DNA of 43,453 nt from Anaerolineae bacterium (GTDB lineage: Bacteria > Chloroflexota > Anaerolineae > S140-20): positions 1-43,453 of the forward strand of contig JALUTT010000070.1 of assembly GCA_027021705.1 (NCBI GenBank), written 5' to 3'. The translations under genes and the position numbers were made by a program. Below are positions 1 to 9,025 of this stretch, piece after piece (within the stretch, counting starts at the first letter, position 1; every line of letters starts with the position of its first letter). The notes below the pieces were generated by a model. That model was not told the DNA's origin. It did not search any database and was given only the letters and a program-made list of their open reading frames with translations.

Positions 1-52
1 GCAGGTACTCCCTTTCCTCTTCTGTGAGACGAACTATGTATCTCTTGTTCAT
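1..52 (-). CDS. IS630-family transposase, N-terminal fragment (runs off the window)
   Basis: Minus strand GGAGGTGGTTCC-ATG reads MNKRYIVRLTEEEREYL, resembling the N-terminus of IS630-type transposases. Only 17 codons are visible. Confidence 0.65.
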   Translation of the reverse strand, partial: MNKRYIVRLTEEEREYL

Positions 53-123
53 GGAACCACCTCCGAGAAGAATTGATTTCTCCCCGGAGTATAACTCATA
101 AAATCAAGTTTGACAAGCCACTA
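1..123 (-). mobile_element. Left end of putative IS630-like insertion sequence at a CTAG/TA site
   Basis: Abrupt switch to AT-rich DNA at CTAG 121-124. Promoter TTGTCA(116-111)-17bp-TATACT(93-88), then RBS and transposase-like start. Confidence 0.6.
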
Positions 124-442
124 GCCAGCGCACGTCGTCGTAGCCGTAGTAGGAACACTTCAACCGTTGGGGGTACTCAACGCCCCGCACCAGGTCGAAG
201 ACCGTCCATTCCCCCTCAAACATCACCAGCAGCCACTCCCCCCCTGGAGAGAGAACAGCATCGTCCGCCTCCCGCTCGGCGGGAACGATGAGCTGCACCC
301 GCCCCTCCACCTCGTCCATCCGGTTGCTCCAGGCCAGCCGCTCCTTCAGGGAGCGGGGACGACAGGGGCCAAACTGGCACAGCAGCAGCAGCGCCAGCAC
401 CCCCAGGGTCAGCACCGCCCCCCACCGATCCCCCTTCGTCAC
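104..442 (-). pseudogene. Membrane-anchored protein, probably truncated by the IS
   Basis: GTG start overlaps the upstream stop (GTGA 442-439). N-terminal hydrophobic helix and LSPGGEWL propeller-like motif. Last codons and stop lie inside the IS end. Confidence 0.55.
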
Positions 443-3400
443 GGCCCCACCTCCCAAGGCTTCACTTCCACCCAGTCATCGTACAACTCAAACCCTGCCG
501 CCTGGTAGCCGATCCCAAAGCGCCCCAGCGCCGGGTAGGTGGTGTCCACCGCCTCCAGCAGCGGCCAAGCCGGATACCCCTCCCCTTCGTCCAGGTAGAC
601 GGCGATCTCCCCGCTCTCCCCGTCCCGCTCTACCTTCACCCGATACCACTGATCCAGTTGGGGCAAGATGGATGCGCTGTCCAGCAGCACGTCGTCCCGA
701 TAGAGCATCACCTGCCGATAGACCAGCAGGGTGTACTCCCCCGTGTCGAAGCCGGTGGCGGTGATCTGGTAGTCGCCGGCCGGGGCACGGGGCACGATGA
801 TGAACTGCCCCTCGACCCCGGGGCCGGTGTAGAGGGCATCGGGCACTTCCGCCAGGACCCCGCCGGTGGCCGGATCGTAGCCCACCCGCCGGCCTTGGGG
901 ATCGGTCAGCGTCAGGTTCACCGGGCAGAGCTCCGTCAGCACCAGCCACTGACCGGGATGGATGAGGAATGGAGGCTGCCAATACGGGGTCGTGAAGGGG
1001 ATCGCCTGGCCGGTCAGGAAGGTGGGAACGAACTCACTCTGCGTCCTCGCGTGGTACATAATCTGCTTGTGCCGGGCCGCTTTCCTCGACAGGCTCTTGA
1101 CGTTCTCCGTCGGGATGCTGTCGAGCAGCTCTTTCAGGTTGGTGCTGTAGACCGGGATCAGGTCGTCCCCTTGCTCCGTTTCAAAGTCGTCATCGTAGTT
1201 CACGTCCAGGGTGATCGGCCGGCCGTAGGCCCACCCCGTTGGAGGGGGGGCGGTCACCTCGTACCAGTGGTCGGTTCTCCAGTCCGTGCCGTAGATGACG
1301 TAGATGTTCTCCGGCCCCAAGGCGTCGGCCAGGTCCTGCACGGTGGCGTTCATATCGTTCAAGAGGGGGTTCACCTCGTGGCCGTAGGGGTAGGCCCCTC
1401 CCGGTGCGCATCCTTCCGTCCCCAGACGGTCGCAGAGGTAGGCCGGAACATCCTCGGTGGGCAGCATCTCCGCCAGCGACTGGATGCCCCGCTCTGGGTC
1501 GTGGGACCACCCGTAGGGATCAAACACCTCCGGCTCACATGACCCTGGAAGCCAGAAGCAATCCTCGGGAGGTCTTAGGGCTCCGTACTTCTTGGCGATC
1601 CATTGCGGCCAAAGAACATCGTTCAGCAACACCCGAAGGTGGCCTTCGTTCTCTTCGTAGAGATAGTCGTCCCAAGTCAGCCCCTCACGGGTGCGGTAGT
1701 CAATGGGGAAGCCCCGGTGGGGCGAAGCAATGAAGACCACCTTGCGCACGTCGCCATCGTAGGAGATGGGGGCATCCCCGTTCTCGTCGTCCACCCCATA
1801 GCCCTGGATGTAGGCTCGGCTCACCAGCCCTCCCATGCTGTGCACTACCAGGTCCACCTTGCCGTCGTGGTTCACGTAGGGCAGCTCTGCCACCCGGCCC
1901 AACTGCTCCTCGATCTTCTCGTCCAGCAGGTCGGCTGAGACCCGGTTGGAGTTACGCCAGTCGTAGCCCACGGCGTAGAGAGTCTGACCTCGCACGTAGC
2001 CCATCTTCGCCAGCGTCGTCAGCAGGGGATCGTAGATGCCCAGCACCGGGTCAATCTGCCCTTGCGGCGACCTCTCGCTGGGCGGCATCGTCCCCAGGAT
2101 GCCGGGGAGGAAGAGAATGGGATGGATTCTTGCCTGAGCAACCGAGACAACCCGATGAGCCGAGAAACTTTCCCACGTAGCTTCCACCTCCAAGGTGGCC
2201 GTCACGGAGGGTTGCACCCACACCGACCACCGTATCTGCGCTTGCTGCCCTCCGTACAGCGTCATAATCTGCTCATCCTCTGGATGGCATTCGTCTACAT
2301 AGCTGTGGAAGGAATAGTGATCTGGGCCGAAGTCGATAACCCCACATACAACCGGCACTTCACTGTCAACCTCGCCGGATTGTTCATACACATAGAAGCG
2401 TCCGCCATCACCACTCTCGATCCTCAGCATAAAGTAGTCACTGCAGTATTCCCCCGCCGGGCAGGTCAGGGTGACCTCAACTCGCAAAGGGTTAGGCACC
2501 GGCCAGCCCTCCTCGTTGCGCGTCAGCCGGGTGGCCGAAACCCGTAGGCAGAGAGGCGCAACCGGCTCCGCTTCCCGCGCCGAGGCCAGCAGGTCCCCAT
2601 TGGCATCCACCCAGAGTGCCACCGCCGTCGTCCCGCAGGCAGGGTCTATCGCCACGGTGAAGTCGCTCCAGTCCTCCAAGCTTCCTACCTGGACCTCCGC
2701 TCCCCAACTCTGCCCACCGTCGGCGCTCTCCATCAGATAGAAGCCGGGATCGTAAAAGGTATCATAAGCGTGCCCCACGATTACCCGCCGGCTGCCGGCC
2801 GTCAGTGCGGCCTTGTACACGCCATAAGGGTGCCCATTCGCATCCAACAGCCCTCCGCTGACCAGCACGGCGCTCTCCCACGTCGCGCCTCCATCCTCGC
2901 TGCGGGCCCACAGGAGATCGTCCACGGGAATGTCACCATCGCACGGCTCGCAAAAGGTCTCGTGGGCATCCTTCCCCACCACGTAGAGCCGCTCCGACCC
3001 TTCCAAGGCCACATCCACCCCAATATCTTTGGGGGAGAGATTGTAGGTGTAGATGGTACGCTGAGCACTCCAGGTCTGCCCTCCGTCGGTGCTTTTGACA
3101 AACCAGACCCCGGTGCAGGCATCCGCCACGACGATGTAGACAACCCCCTCGCCGGCCGCCGCCATATCCCATTCCACAGGCTCACACGATGGGTCGGCCA
3201 GGTCATAGATGGCCGTCGTGACGGCGTCCCAGCTCTCTCCCCCATTTTGGCTGCGGGTCATCTGAACCTGTAGGCGACTCCCTTCGCCCTCATCCACAGC
3301 CTCCTCCCAGGCCAGGTAGAGAGTGCCCGCATCATCGGCCGCCAGCCGTGGCTCCGGATGGAGCCCTGGGGCGTCAGCAATCGTTGTGTCCCAGGGCCAG

Positions 3401-3954
3401 CTTTCACCCCCGTCGGTGCTGCGGATCACCCGGATCTCCCGCACGATCTCCCCTACGCCTTCGTCCCAGTAGGAAAGGTACCAGGCCACGAATAGCGTGC
3501 CTTCGGGGGTCGCCACCAGGGAAGGCGTCTGAGCCTGGGCTCCCGGCGGGAGGGATGGGACCAGCGGGGCGCCGCTGCTGCTCCAGGTCACCCCCCCGTC
3601 GTCACTGCGGGCGAAGTAGAGGTCCTTGGGATAATCGTAGCCTTCCTGGCGTATCCCAACCCAGACGACGTAGAGGGTCTTATCCTGCACGGCGGCGGCC
3701 GGCGACTCCACGCCCAGGATGGCGGGGTCAGACGGGTTGACCTGGACCGGGGCTCCCCAAGATGCAGCTCCGCCCTGGCTCGTCGGGAGAAGCGGGGGAG
3801 AGACCAAATCGTCGGCTCGGGTGCTCTGGTCCAGGCCGGCCAAAGACCGAGAGAAGGATGAGGTCACACCGGTAGCCCCGTGAGTTTGCCCTATCAGCAA
3901 GCCCAACACCAAGAGCAAAAGCAGGGGCAGCGCCAGGGATTGCCCGAAGCGCAA
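439..3954 (-). CDS. Secreted multidomain protein: Asp-box (BNR) beta-propeller + LCAT/PGAP1-like alpha/beta hydrolase + C-terminal beta domains
   Basis: Signal peptide; six SxDGGxxW-type Asp-boxes; PGILG oxyanion motif, YDWR, HSMGG nucleophile, GDDLIP Asp, HKQIM His. True start is probably ATG 4069 (see finding). Confidence 0.85.
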   Translation of the reverse strand: MRFGQSLALPLLLLLVLGLLIGQTHGATGVTSSFSRSLAGLDQSTRADDLVSPPLLPTSQGGAASWGAPVQVNPSDPAILGVESPAAAVQDKTLYVVWVGIRQEGYDYPKDLYFARSDDGGVTWSSSGAPLVPSLPPGAQAQTPSLVATPEGTLFVAWYLSYWDEGVGEIVREIRVIRSTDGGESWPWDTTIADAPGLHPEPRLAADDAGTLYLAWEEAVDEGEGSRLQVQMTRSQNGGESWDAVTTAIYDLADPSCEPVEWDMAAAGEGVVYIVVADACTGVWFVKSTDGGQTWSAQRTIYTYNLSPKDIGVDVALEGSERLYVVGKDAHETFCEPCDGDIPVDDLLWARSEDGGATWESAVLVSGGLLDANGHPYGVYKAALTAGSRRVIVGHAYDTFYDPGFYLMESADGGQSWGAEVQVGSLEDWSDFTVAIDPACGTTAVALWVDANGDLLASAREAEPVAPLCLRVSATRLTRNEEGWPVPNPLRVEVTLTCPAGEYCSDYFMLRIESGDGGRFYVYEQSGEVDSEVPVVCGVIDFGPDHYSFHSYVDECHPEDEQIMTLYGGQQAQIRWSVWVQPSVTATLEVEATWESFSAHRVVSVAQARIHPILFLPGILGTMPPSERSPQGQIDPVLGIYDPLLTTLAKMGYVRGQTLYAVGYDWRNSNRVSADLLDEKIEEQLGRVAELPYVNHDGKVDLVVHSMGGLVSRAYIQGYGVDDENGDAPISYDGDVRKVVFIASPHRGFPIDYRTREGLTWDDYLYEENEGHLRVLLNDVLWPQWIAKKYGALRPPEDCFWLPGSCEPEVFDPYGWSHDPERGIQSLAEMLPTEDVPAYLCDRLGTEGCAPGGAYPYGHEVNPLLNDMNATVQDLADALGPENIYVIYGTDWRTDHWYEVTAPPPTGWAYGRPITLDVNYDDDFETEQGDDLIPVYSTNLKELLDSIPTENVKSLSRKAARHKQIMYHARTQSEFVPTFLTGQAIPFTTPYWQPPFLIHPGQWLVLTELCPVNLTLTDPQGRRVGYDPATGGVLAEVPDALYTGPGVEGQFIIVPRAPAGDYQITATGFDTGEYTLLVYRQVMLYRDDVLLDSASILPQLDQWYRVKVERDGESGEIAVYLDEGEGYPAWPLLEAVDTTYPALGRFGIGYQAAGFELYDDWVEVKPWEVGP

Positions 3955-4198
3955 GGCGAGGCGCGGGCCGGACCGACGACGAAAAGGGAGGGGGAATGCC
4001 GGTGCCCCGGCAGCATCTGAAGAGGTTGCAAAATCACTTGCAAAAACGGGGGGGGGTAAACACAGCCATTGGACACCTCCTGAAGATGGCGGAACGGGGG
4101 AACCTGAAACCTCCGGGGGCCGAGAGGAGGCCAGGCTGCTAGGTCGCCGAGGATGGGCTCCCAGGGAAACGGCCCGGAGACTTCAAAGGAATGACAAC

Positions 4199-4227
4199 AT
4201 TATAGCTGAAAGAGCACGAAATGTCAA
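4199..4227 (-). promoter_or_regulatory. Perfect consensus sigma70 promoter for the lipase gene
   Basis: TTGACA(4227-4222)-17bp-TATAAT(4204-4199). Confidence 0.8.
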
Positions 4228-4332
4228 GGACAAACTTCCCGTCTTCTCGCTTTGTTGATAATATCATTGTGATATAATGCCCGTTGCTACATTTTATGCA
4301 ATCTCTTGTTTTGCTTTGGGGGAACAGCGGAG

Positions 4333-4431
4333 GACACCAAGGGCACCAAGGCCACGAAGGACACAAAGGTGGCACGGAGAGAATCCTTCGAGAAACCTTT
4401 GCCCTTCGTGTTCGTTGTGCGCTTGGTGGTG
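4333..4431. repeat. Palindromic array of ~9-nt units
   Basis: gacaccaag/ggcaccaag/gccacgaag/gacacaaag followed by complementary ttcgtg/ttggtg units. Confidence 0.6.
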
Positions 4432-4520
4432 AGCACCGGCCTGAAGCGCCGGTGCTGGGGGGGATGGGGGCGGGAGCGGGAGCCCCGGCCCCGTCTGTTC
4501 GACGGCGGGGCTGGGCATGG

Positions 4521-7500
4521 TCAGGATTGTCTCCCCCAGAGGGGAGCCAGGGCGGCCCGCTCTCGGGGGCCGAGGACGCCCAGCGCCAGGGCGACCAGCG
4601 GGTAGACCAGGAAGGCGACCGGCAAAGCCGGCGCCCCGCCCAGCACCATCACCGTCGCGCCCATCACCAGCGCCGCGACCGCCGGACGCCAGAGCAGCCC
4701 CGCCCAGGGCACCGGCCCCAGGTAGCGGCGCACGTAGTAGTAGAAGGCCGCCCCCTCCACCAGCTCCGAGAAGATGGTGATCACCGCCGCCGCCCGGTAG
4801 CCGTAGGCCGGGATGAAGATCAGGTTGGCCGCGATGTTGAAGGCCAGGCCGATGGCGAAGGCCCGGGTCAGCTTCCGCTGCCGGTCCAACGCGATGAGCA
4901 GGTAGTTGGTCACGCTGTTGATCCAGCCGAAGGGGATGGACCAGATCATCAACTGCAGGGCGATGGCGCTGTGGGGCAGGAAGGCGCTCCCACCCAGGAT
5001 GCGGACGAAGAGGCGGGCCAGGAGGGTCATCGCCACCGCCATGGGCAGGGCCACCAGGACCAGCAGCTTGATCGAGAGGTGGTAGGTTGCCCGGAGCGCC
5101 TTCCGATCCTCCCGCGCCTGGCGGGAGATGACGGGGAAGAGGGCGAAGGTGAAGAAGGCGGGGATGATGTTCAGGGCGTCCAGGCCGCTGTAGGCGATCT
5201 GGTACCAGCCGACGACGGTGGCGTTGCGCATCACCTCCAGGAGGATGATGTCCACCCGGAAGAAGAGGGTGGCCAGCAGGTGGTTGAGCATCAGGGGGAA
5301 GGACTCGTTCACCATCATCCGCTGGAGCCACCAATCGGGGTGGAGAGGCAGCCGCCGGCCGGGGAAGAAGAAGCGTAGGGCCAGGACGGACAGGACGGCC
5401 AAGGTGATGAGGTTGGTAACGATGGAGGCACCGGCCAGCCCCACGATCCCCCAACCCAGGAGCAGGACCAGCGCCCCCAACGTCACCTTGAAGAAGGTGG
5501 AGACGGAGGTGATGGCGGCGGGGATCTCGTGCTTCTCGAAGGCTTGGAAGAGGGCCGATAGCCCCACCGAGATGCTCCCCGGCACCAAGCCGATGAAGAG
5601 GAGGAAGATGGTCAACAGCGTATCCCGGGAGAGGGGCGGGGTGAAGAGGCTCTGGCGGGCCAGCAGGAAGAGGGCGAGCAGAGGGATGGCAAGGACGGCG
5701 AGGAGCAGCCGCAGCAGGGTGGTGTTGACGAAGTAGTGGCCGGCGCGGGCTTTGTCTCGGGCCACCTCCCGCATCAGGTAGGTGTTCAGGCCGAAGTTGG
5801 TCAGGATCTCCAGCCAGCCGAAGATGACGACGGCGTAGGCGTACTTGCCCCGCCCCTCCGGCCCCAGCACCCGGGCCATCAGCGCGGCGAAGGCGAAGTC
5901 CACCACCCGGTTCATCAGGTTCAGCACGATGGGGGCCAGGCTGTTCTTCGCCACCCGCTGCACCGTCGAGGTCTCGTCCACCGCCCGGTAGAAGGTGCGC
6001 CAGAGCCAGAGGCCGGCCAGGAAGAAGATGAGGACCCCGCCCAAGAAGGAGAAGAAGGCCCCCATCTTCACGCTGTCCGGGCTGTACTTGAAGCGGACCG
6101 TCCACCGGCCCGGCCCCAGCGAGACGGCGCGGAAGTTGCCATCGGCCCGGTGGATGACGAGCGCCTGCTCCTGGGATTCGTCCTCGCCCGCCGGGCGCAC
6201 GAAGGCCCTCCAGCCGGGGAAGAAGCTGTCGGCCAGGACCAGCCAGGCCCCCGGTTCCGAGACGGTCACGTCCACGAAGACCTCGTTGATGGTGTAGCGG
6301 GAGATCGTGGCCGGCGTCGGCGTGCAGGCCTCGGGGGGCAGGGAGGGCTCCATCGAGGTGGCCGTCCCCAGGTTGTCCAGGATGACGTAGTGGCGGGGGT
6401 CGTAGCGGCGCAGGGCTGCGGCCACGTCCTCGGTCACCACGGTGCAGCCGGCCGGCAGCGTGAAGGCGCGGGGGGCCACCCCCTCGTTGCGGTAGACCCG
6501 CAGCGCCTGGTCCTCGTAGACCAGCGTGTACTTGGGGCTCTCGATCCGCTCCTCCGTCAGGACGTACTTGACGTTGAGCAGGTCCAGGAGGGGGGAGTTG
6601 AGGGCTTCCCAGTGGCGCAGCGGGGCGATGCGGTTGAACTCCAGCTCGTCCTGCCGGTCAATCCGGCGCATGTAGTCGCGGTACTGGGCGCTGAAGATGG
6701 AATCGTACCCCCGCACGTCCTGCAGGTCGTAGAACCAGCCCACGTTGGCGTTGAAGGTCTTCTTCCCGTGGGGGTCGTAGGTGGTGAAGCGCCAGAGGGA
6801 GCGGTCCTGCTTCAGGAAGGCGACGACGGGGGGCTCGTAGCGGAGCAGGGCCGGGTCGGTGGCCGGATAGAAGCCCCAGGCGAAGGTGGTCAGGTCGAGG
6901 ACCAGGACGAGGAGGGCGAGGAGCTCCCAGACGGGCCGGCGGCCCAGCCGTCGGGGCAGGTAGATGGGGCAGCGGCTCACCCGCAGCACGATGCCCGCCG
7001 CCATCAGCAGCAGGCTGAAAAGGAGCAGCCAGCGGAACTCGTAGCTGTAGAAGGCGCGGGCGTCGGGGAAAGCGGTGTCGGCCAGGGCCAGGCTGCGGAA
7101 GAGCCGGTCCACCAGGGGTTCCAGAGCGGGGAAGAAGGCCCGGCTCAGCAGCAACCCCGCCGTCGTCAGCAGCCCGCCCCAGAAGGCGAGGCCGGCCAGC
7201 GCCGTGATGGGGGAGGGGGCGCTGTCGAGGAAGAAGGGGCGGAGCAGGGGCGGGGGGCGCCGGTCGGTGGGCGGAAGGTCGGGGTTCTCGTAGGGGCGGG
7301 TGCGCTGGAGGTGCTGGGCCCCGAAGCCGGCCAGGACGGCCACGCTCAACGTCAGCGCCATCGTCCAGCGGAAGGGGGAGTGGATCTGGCTCATCCCCGG
7401 CAGAACGTAGATGAGGGCGTAGAGGGGGGTGCCGAAGATGAAACTGAGGGAGAGGAGGGCCAGGACGACGAAGGGGGCCACCCGTCTCCCCCGGACGCCT

Positions 7501-8666
7501 AGGAGCGCCAGGAAGAGGGTCAGCAGCCCCAGGTAGGCCCCGCCCTCGACGAAGTTCTTGATGCCCCAGTAGATGGGCTCCGTCCGCCGGACCACCTGGC
7601 CGCTGAAGAGGTCCAGGTAGCTGTAGTGGGCCGGGTTGCCGAAGAAGTTGGGCACCAGGAAGGCGAGGAGCCGCCGCCAGGGGTAGGCCCAGCCCCGCAC
7701 CTGGGCCAGGGTGGCCGTTCCCTCCCGGAAGTTGTGGCGGACGACTTCGTAGAGGGGGAGGAGCTGGACGGCCCCCAGCATCAGCCCCAGCCCCACCATC
7801 AGGCCGATCCAGGCGGCCCGTTGGCCGATGAAGGCGACCCACCACCGGGCCGATCCCCCTTCCCCGGCCCCTTCGTCCACCGTCCGCCAGGCGGCGTAGA
7901 AGGCGGTGATGAGCAGCGTGTAGTAGAGGATTTCGATGTGGCCGGCCAGGACCTGGCAGCCCAGGGCGATGGCCCCGATCACCGCCCAGGGGAGGGAGGC
8001 CGGCCGTCCGGCCAGCGGCCGTCGGCGCACGATCCGCTCGACCATGGCCAGGATGAGGGGGAGCCAGGCGGCCCCGGCGATGATCATCGGGAAGACGACG
8101 CGGGCCAGCATAAAGCCGCTCAGTTCGTAGGCGATGGCCGTCACCAGCGCCCCCAGCCGGCCCATCCCCAGGGTGCGGGCGAAAAGGTAAGCCCAGAGGC
8201 CGGCCAGCCCCAGTTGGATCACGGTGAAGAGGCCGTAGGCCCGCCAGAGGGGGATCAGGTAGAAGATGGCGCTCAGCGGGTAGAGGGCCGAGTGCTGGCC
8301 GTTGGCCAGGAAGGGGGCGCCGGCGAAGAGGTAGGGGTTCCAGAGGGGGAGCTGGCCCTGTCGGAGGGCCTGGACGATGAACCGCTTCCAGGCGTAGTTC
8401 TCCAGGATCAGGTCGGAGAGGAGGCCGTTGTGGGGGCGTTCCACGCCCAGGGAGGCCGCCGCCGAGCGGTAGGGCTCGAAGGTGAAGAGGTTGTCGGTGG
8501 GGAGCAGCGAGCGCCCGCCCAGGCTCACCGGCCCAAAGAGGATCAGGGGGAGGACGAAGAGCAGAAGGGCGATGGCCAGGGTGGGCAGAAGCGGGATGAT
8601 GGCCGTCAGCAGAGGACGGATGCCGGCGATCTTGGAGGCAGGACGGGACGGATTCGACGGGCTCAT
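4521..8666 (-). CDS. YfhO-like polytopic GT-C glycosyltransferase fused to a Wzx/MOP-family flippase
   Basis: LPLWNPYLFAGAPFLAN, DVRGYDS, LADSFFPGW..RADGNFRAV YfhO-like motifs; C-terminal RVAKNS..ARVLGPEGRGKY..RVDIILL flippase motifs. ATG 8666 preferred because TTG 8732 is a -35 box. Confidence 0.85.
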   Translation of the reverse strand: MSPSNPSRPASKIAGIRPLLTAIIPLLPTLAIALLLFVLPLILFGPVSLGGRSLLPTDNLFTFEPYRSAAASLGVERPHNGLLSDLILENYAWKRFIVQALRQGQLPLWNPYLFAGAPFLANGQHSALYPLSAIFYLIPLWRAYGLFTVIQLGLAGLWAYLFARTLGMGRLGALVTAIAYELSGFMLARVVFPMIIAGAAWLPLILAMVERIVRRRPLAGRPASLPWAVIGAIALGCQVLAGHIEILYYTLLITAFYAAWRTVDEGAGEGGSARWWVAFIGQRAAWIGLMVGLGLMLGAVQLLPLYEVVRHNFREGTATLAQVRGWAYPWRRLLAFLVPNFFGNPAHYSYLDLFSGQVVRRTEPIYWGIKNFVEGGAYLGLLTLFLALLGVRGRRVAPFVVLALLSLSFIFGTPLYALIYVLPGMSQIHSPFRWTMALTLSVAVLAGFGAQHLQRTRPYENPDLPPTDRRPPPLLRPFFLDSAPSPITALAGLAFWGGLLTTAGLLLSRAFFPALEPLVDRLFRSLALADTAFPDARAFYSYEFRWLLLFSLLLMAAGIVLRVSRCPIYLPRRLGRRPVWELLALLVLVLDLTTFAWGFYPATDPALLRYEPPVVAFLKQDRSLWRFTTYDPHGKKTFNANVGWFYDLQDVRGYDSIFSAQYRDYMRRIDRQDELEFNRIAPLRHWEALNSPLLDLLNVKYVLTEERIESPKYTLVYEDQALRVYRNEGVAPRAFTLPAGCTVVTEDVAAALRRYDPRHYVILDNLGTATSMEPSLPPEACTPTPATISRYTINEVFVDVTVSEPGAWLVLADSFFPGWRAFVRPAGEDESQEQALVIHRADGNFRAVSLGPGRWTVRFKYSPDSVKMGAFFSFLGGVLIFFLAGLWLWRTFYRAVDETSTVQRVAKNSLAPIVLNLMNRVVDFAFAALMARVLGPEGRGKYAYAVVIFGWLEILTNFGLNTYLMREVARDKARAGHYFVNTTLLRLLLAVLAIPLLALFLLARQSLFTPPLSRDTLLTIFLLFIGLVPGSISVGLSALFQAFEKHEIPAAITSVSTFFKVTLGALVLLLGWGIVGLAGASIVTNLITLAVLSVLALRFFFPGRRLPLHPDWWLQRMMVNESFPLMLNHLLATLFFRVDIILLEVMRNATVVGWYQIAYSGLDALNIIPAFFTFALFPVISRQAREDRKALRATYHLSIKLLVLVALPMAVAMTLLARLFVRILGGSAFLPHSAIALQLMIWSIPFGWINSVTNYLLIALDRQRKLTRAFAIGLAFNIAANLIFIPAYGYRAAAVITIFSELVEGAAFYYYVRRYLGPVPWAGLLWRPAVAALVMGATVMVLGGAPALPVAFLVYPLVALALGVLGPRERAALAPLWGRQS

Positions 8667-8703
8667 AGGGCTCTCTGAAGGGTTGGAGGGCGAAGGCGGC
8701 TGG

Positions 8704-8732
8704 ATTATACCCTGCTCCTCCGAAGCGGGCAA
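8704..8732 (-). promoter_or_regulatory. sigma70-type promoter for the YfhO-flippase gene
   Basis: TTGCCC-17bp-TATAAT. Confidence 0.6.
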
Positions 8733-8737
8733 CCTCC

Positions 8738-8766
8738 TTGCACCGGAAAGCCAAATCGAGTAAAAT
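8738..8766 (+). promoter_or_regulatory. Divergent sigma70-type promoter firing into repeat copy 1
   Basis: TTGCAC-17bp-TAAAAT. Confidence 0.55.
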
Positions 8767-8770
8767 CTTC

Positions 8771-8837
8771 GTAACCGTTCACCCTCCCGCAGGTGCTAAA
8801 AGCGCCCTCGACCGGTGACCTGCGGGAGGGTAGGCTG
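8771..8837 (+). repeat. MITE-like repeat copy 1 (internally deleted, right end replaced)
   Basis: gtaaccgttcaccctcccgcaggt...cctgcgggagggtaggctg, shared with 11389 and 16721. Followed by a separate hairpin gcttattcgca..tgcgaataagc (8837-8872). Confidence 0.85.
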
Positions 8838-9025
8838 CTTATTCGCATTTTGGGCCGAAAGTGCGAATAAGCGGTGCGCTTATTCGCGTTGATGCAAATA
8901 AGGACGAGGCTACGGAGATTTTGCAGGGGTTGGAAGAGCTATTGGCGATGGTGAGCGTCTAACGGTACAATTGAGTTGTGGCCCCCGAGGACAGGGTCCA
9001 GAGGGACTGACAAGGAGGTGGAAGC

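Noticed and set aside
4252..4278. TGATAATATCA near-palindrome (Fur-box-like) with TATAAT
   Set aside because: Only a partial match, poor -35 spacing and no credible plus-strand gene downstream.
4284..8754. Long alternative ORFs (4284-5378, 4294-6105, 5736-7502, 6658-8754, 7626-8678)
   Set aside because: Shadow frames of the GC-rich YfhO-flippase gene; Pro/Arg/Gly-rich with no motifs.
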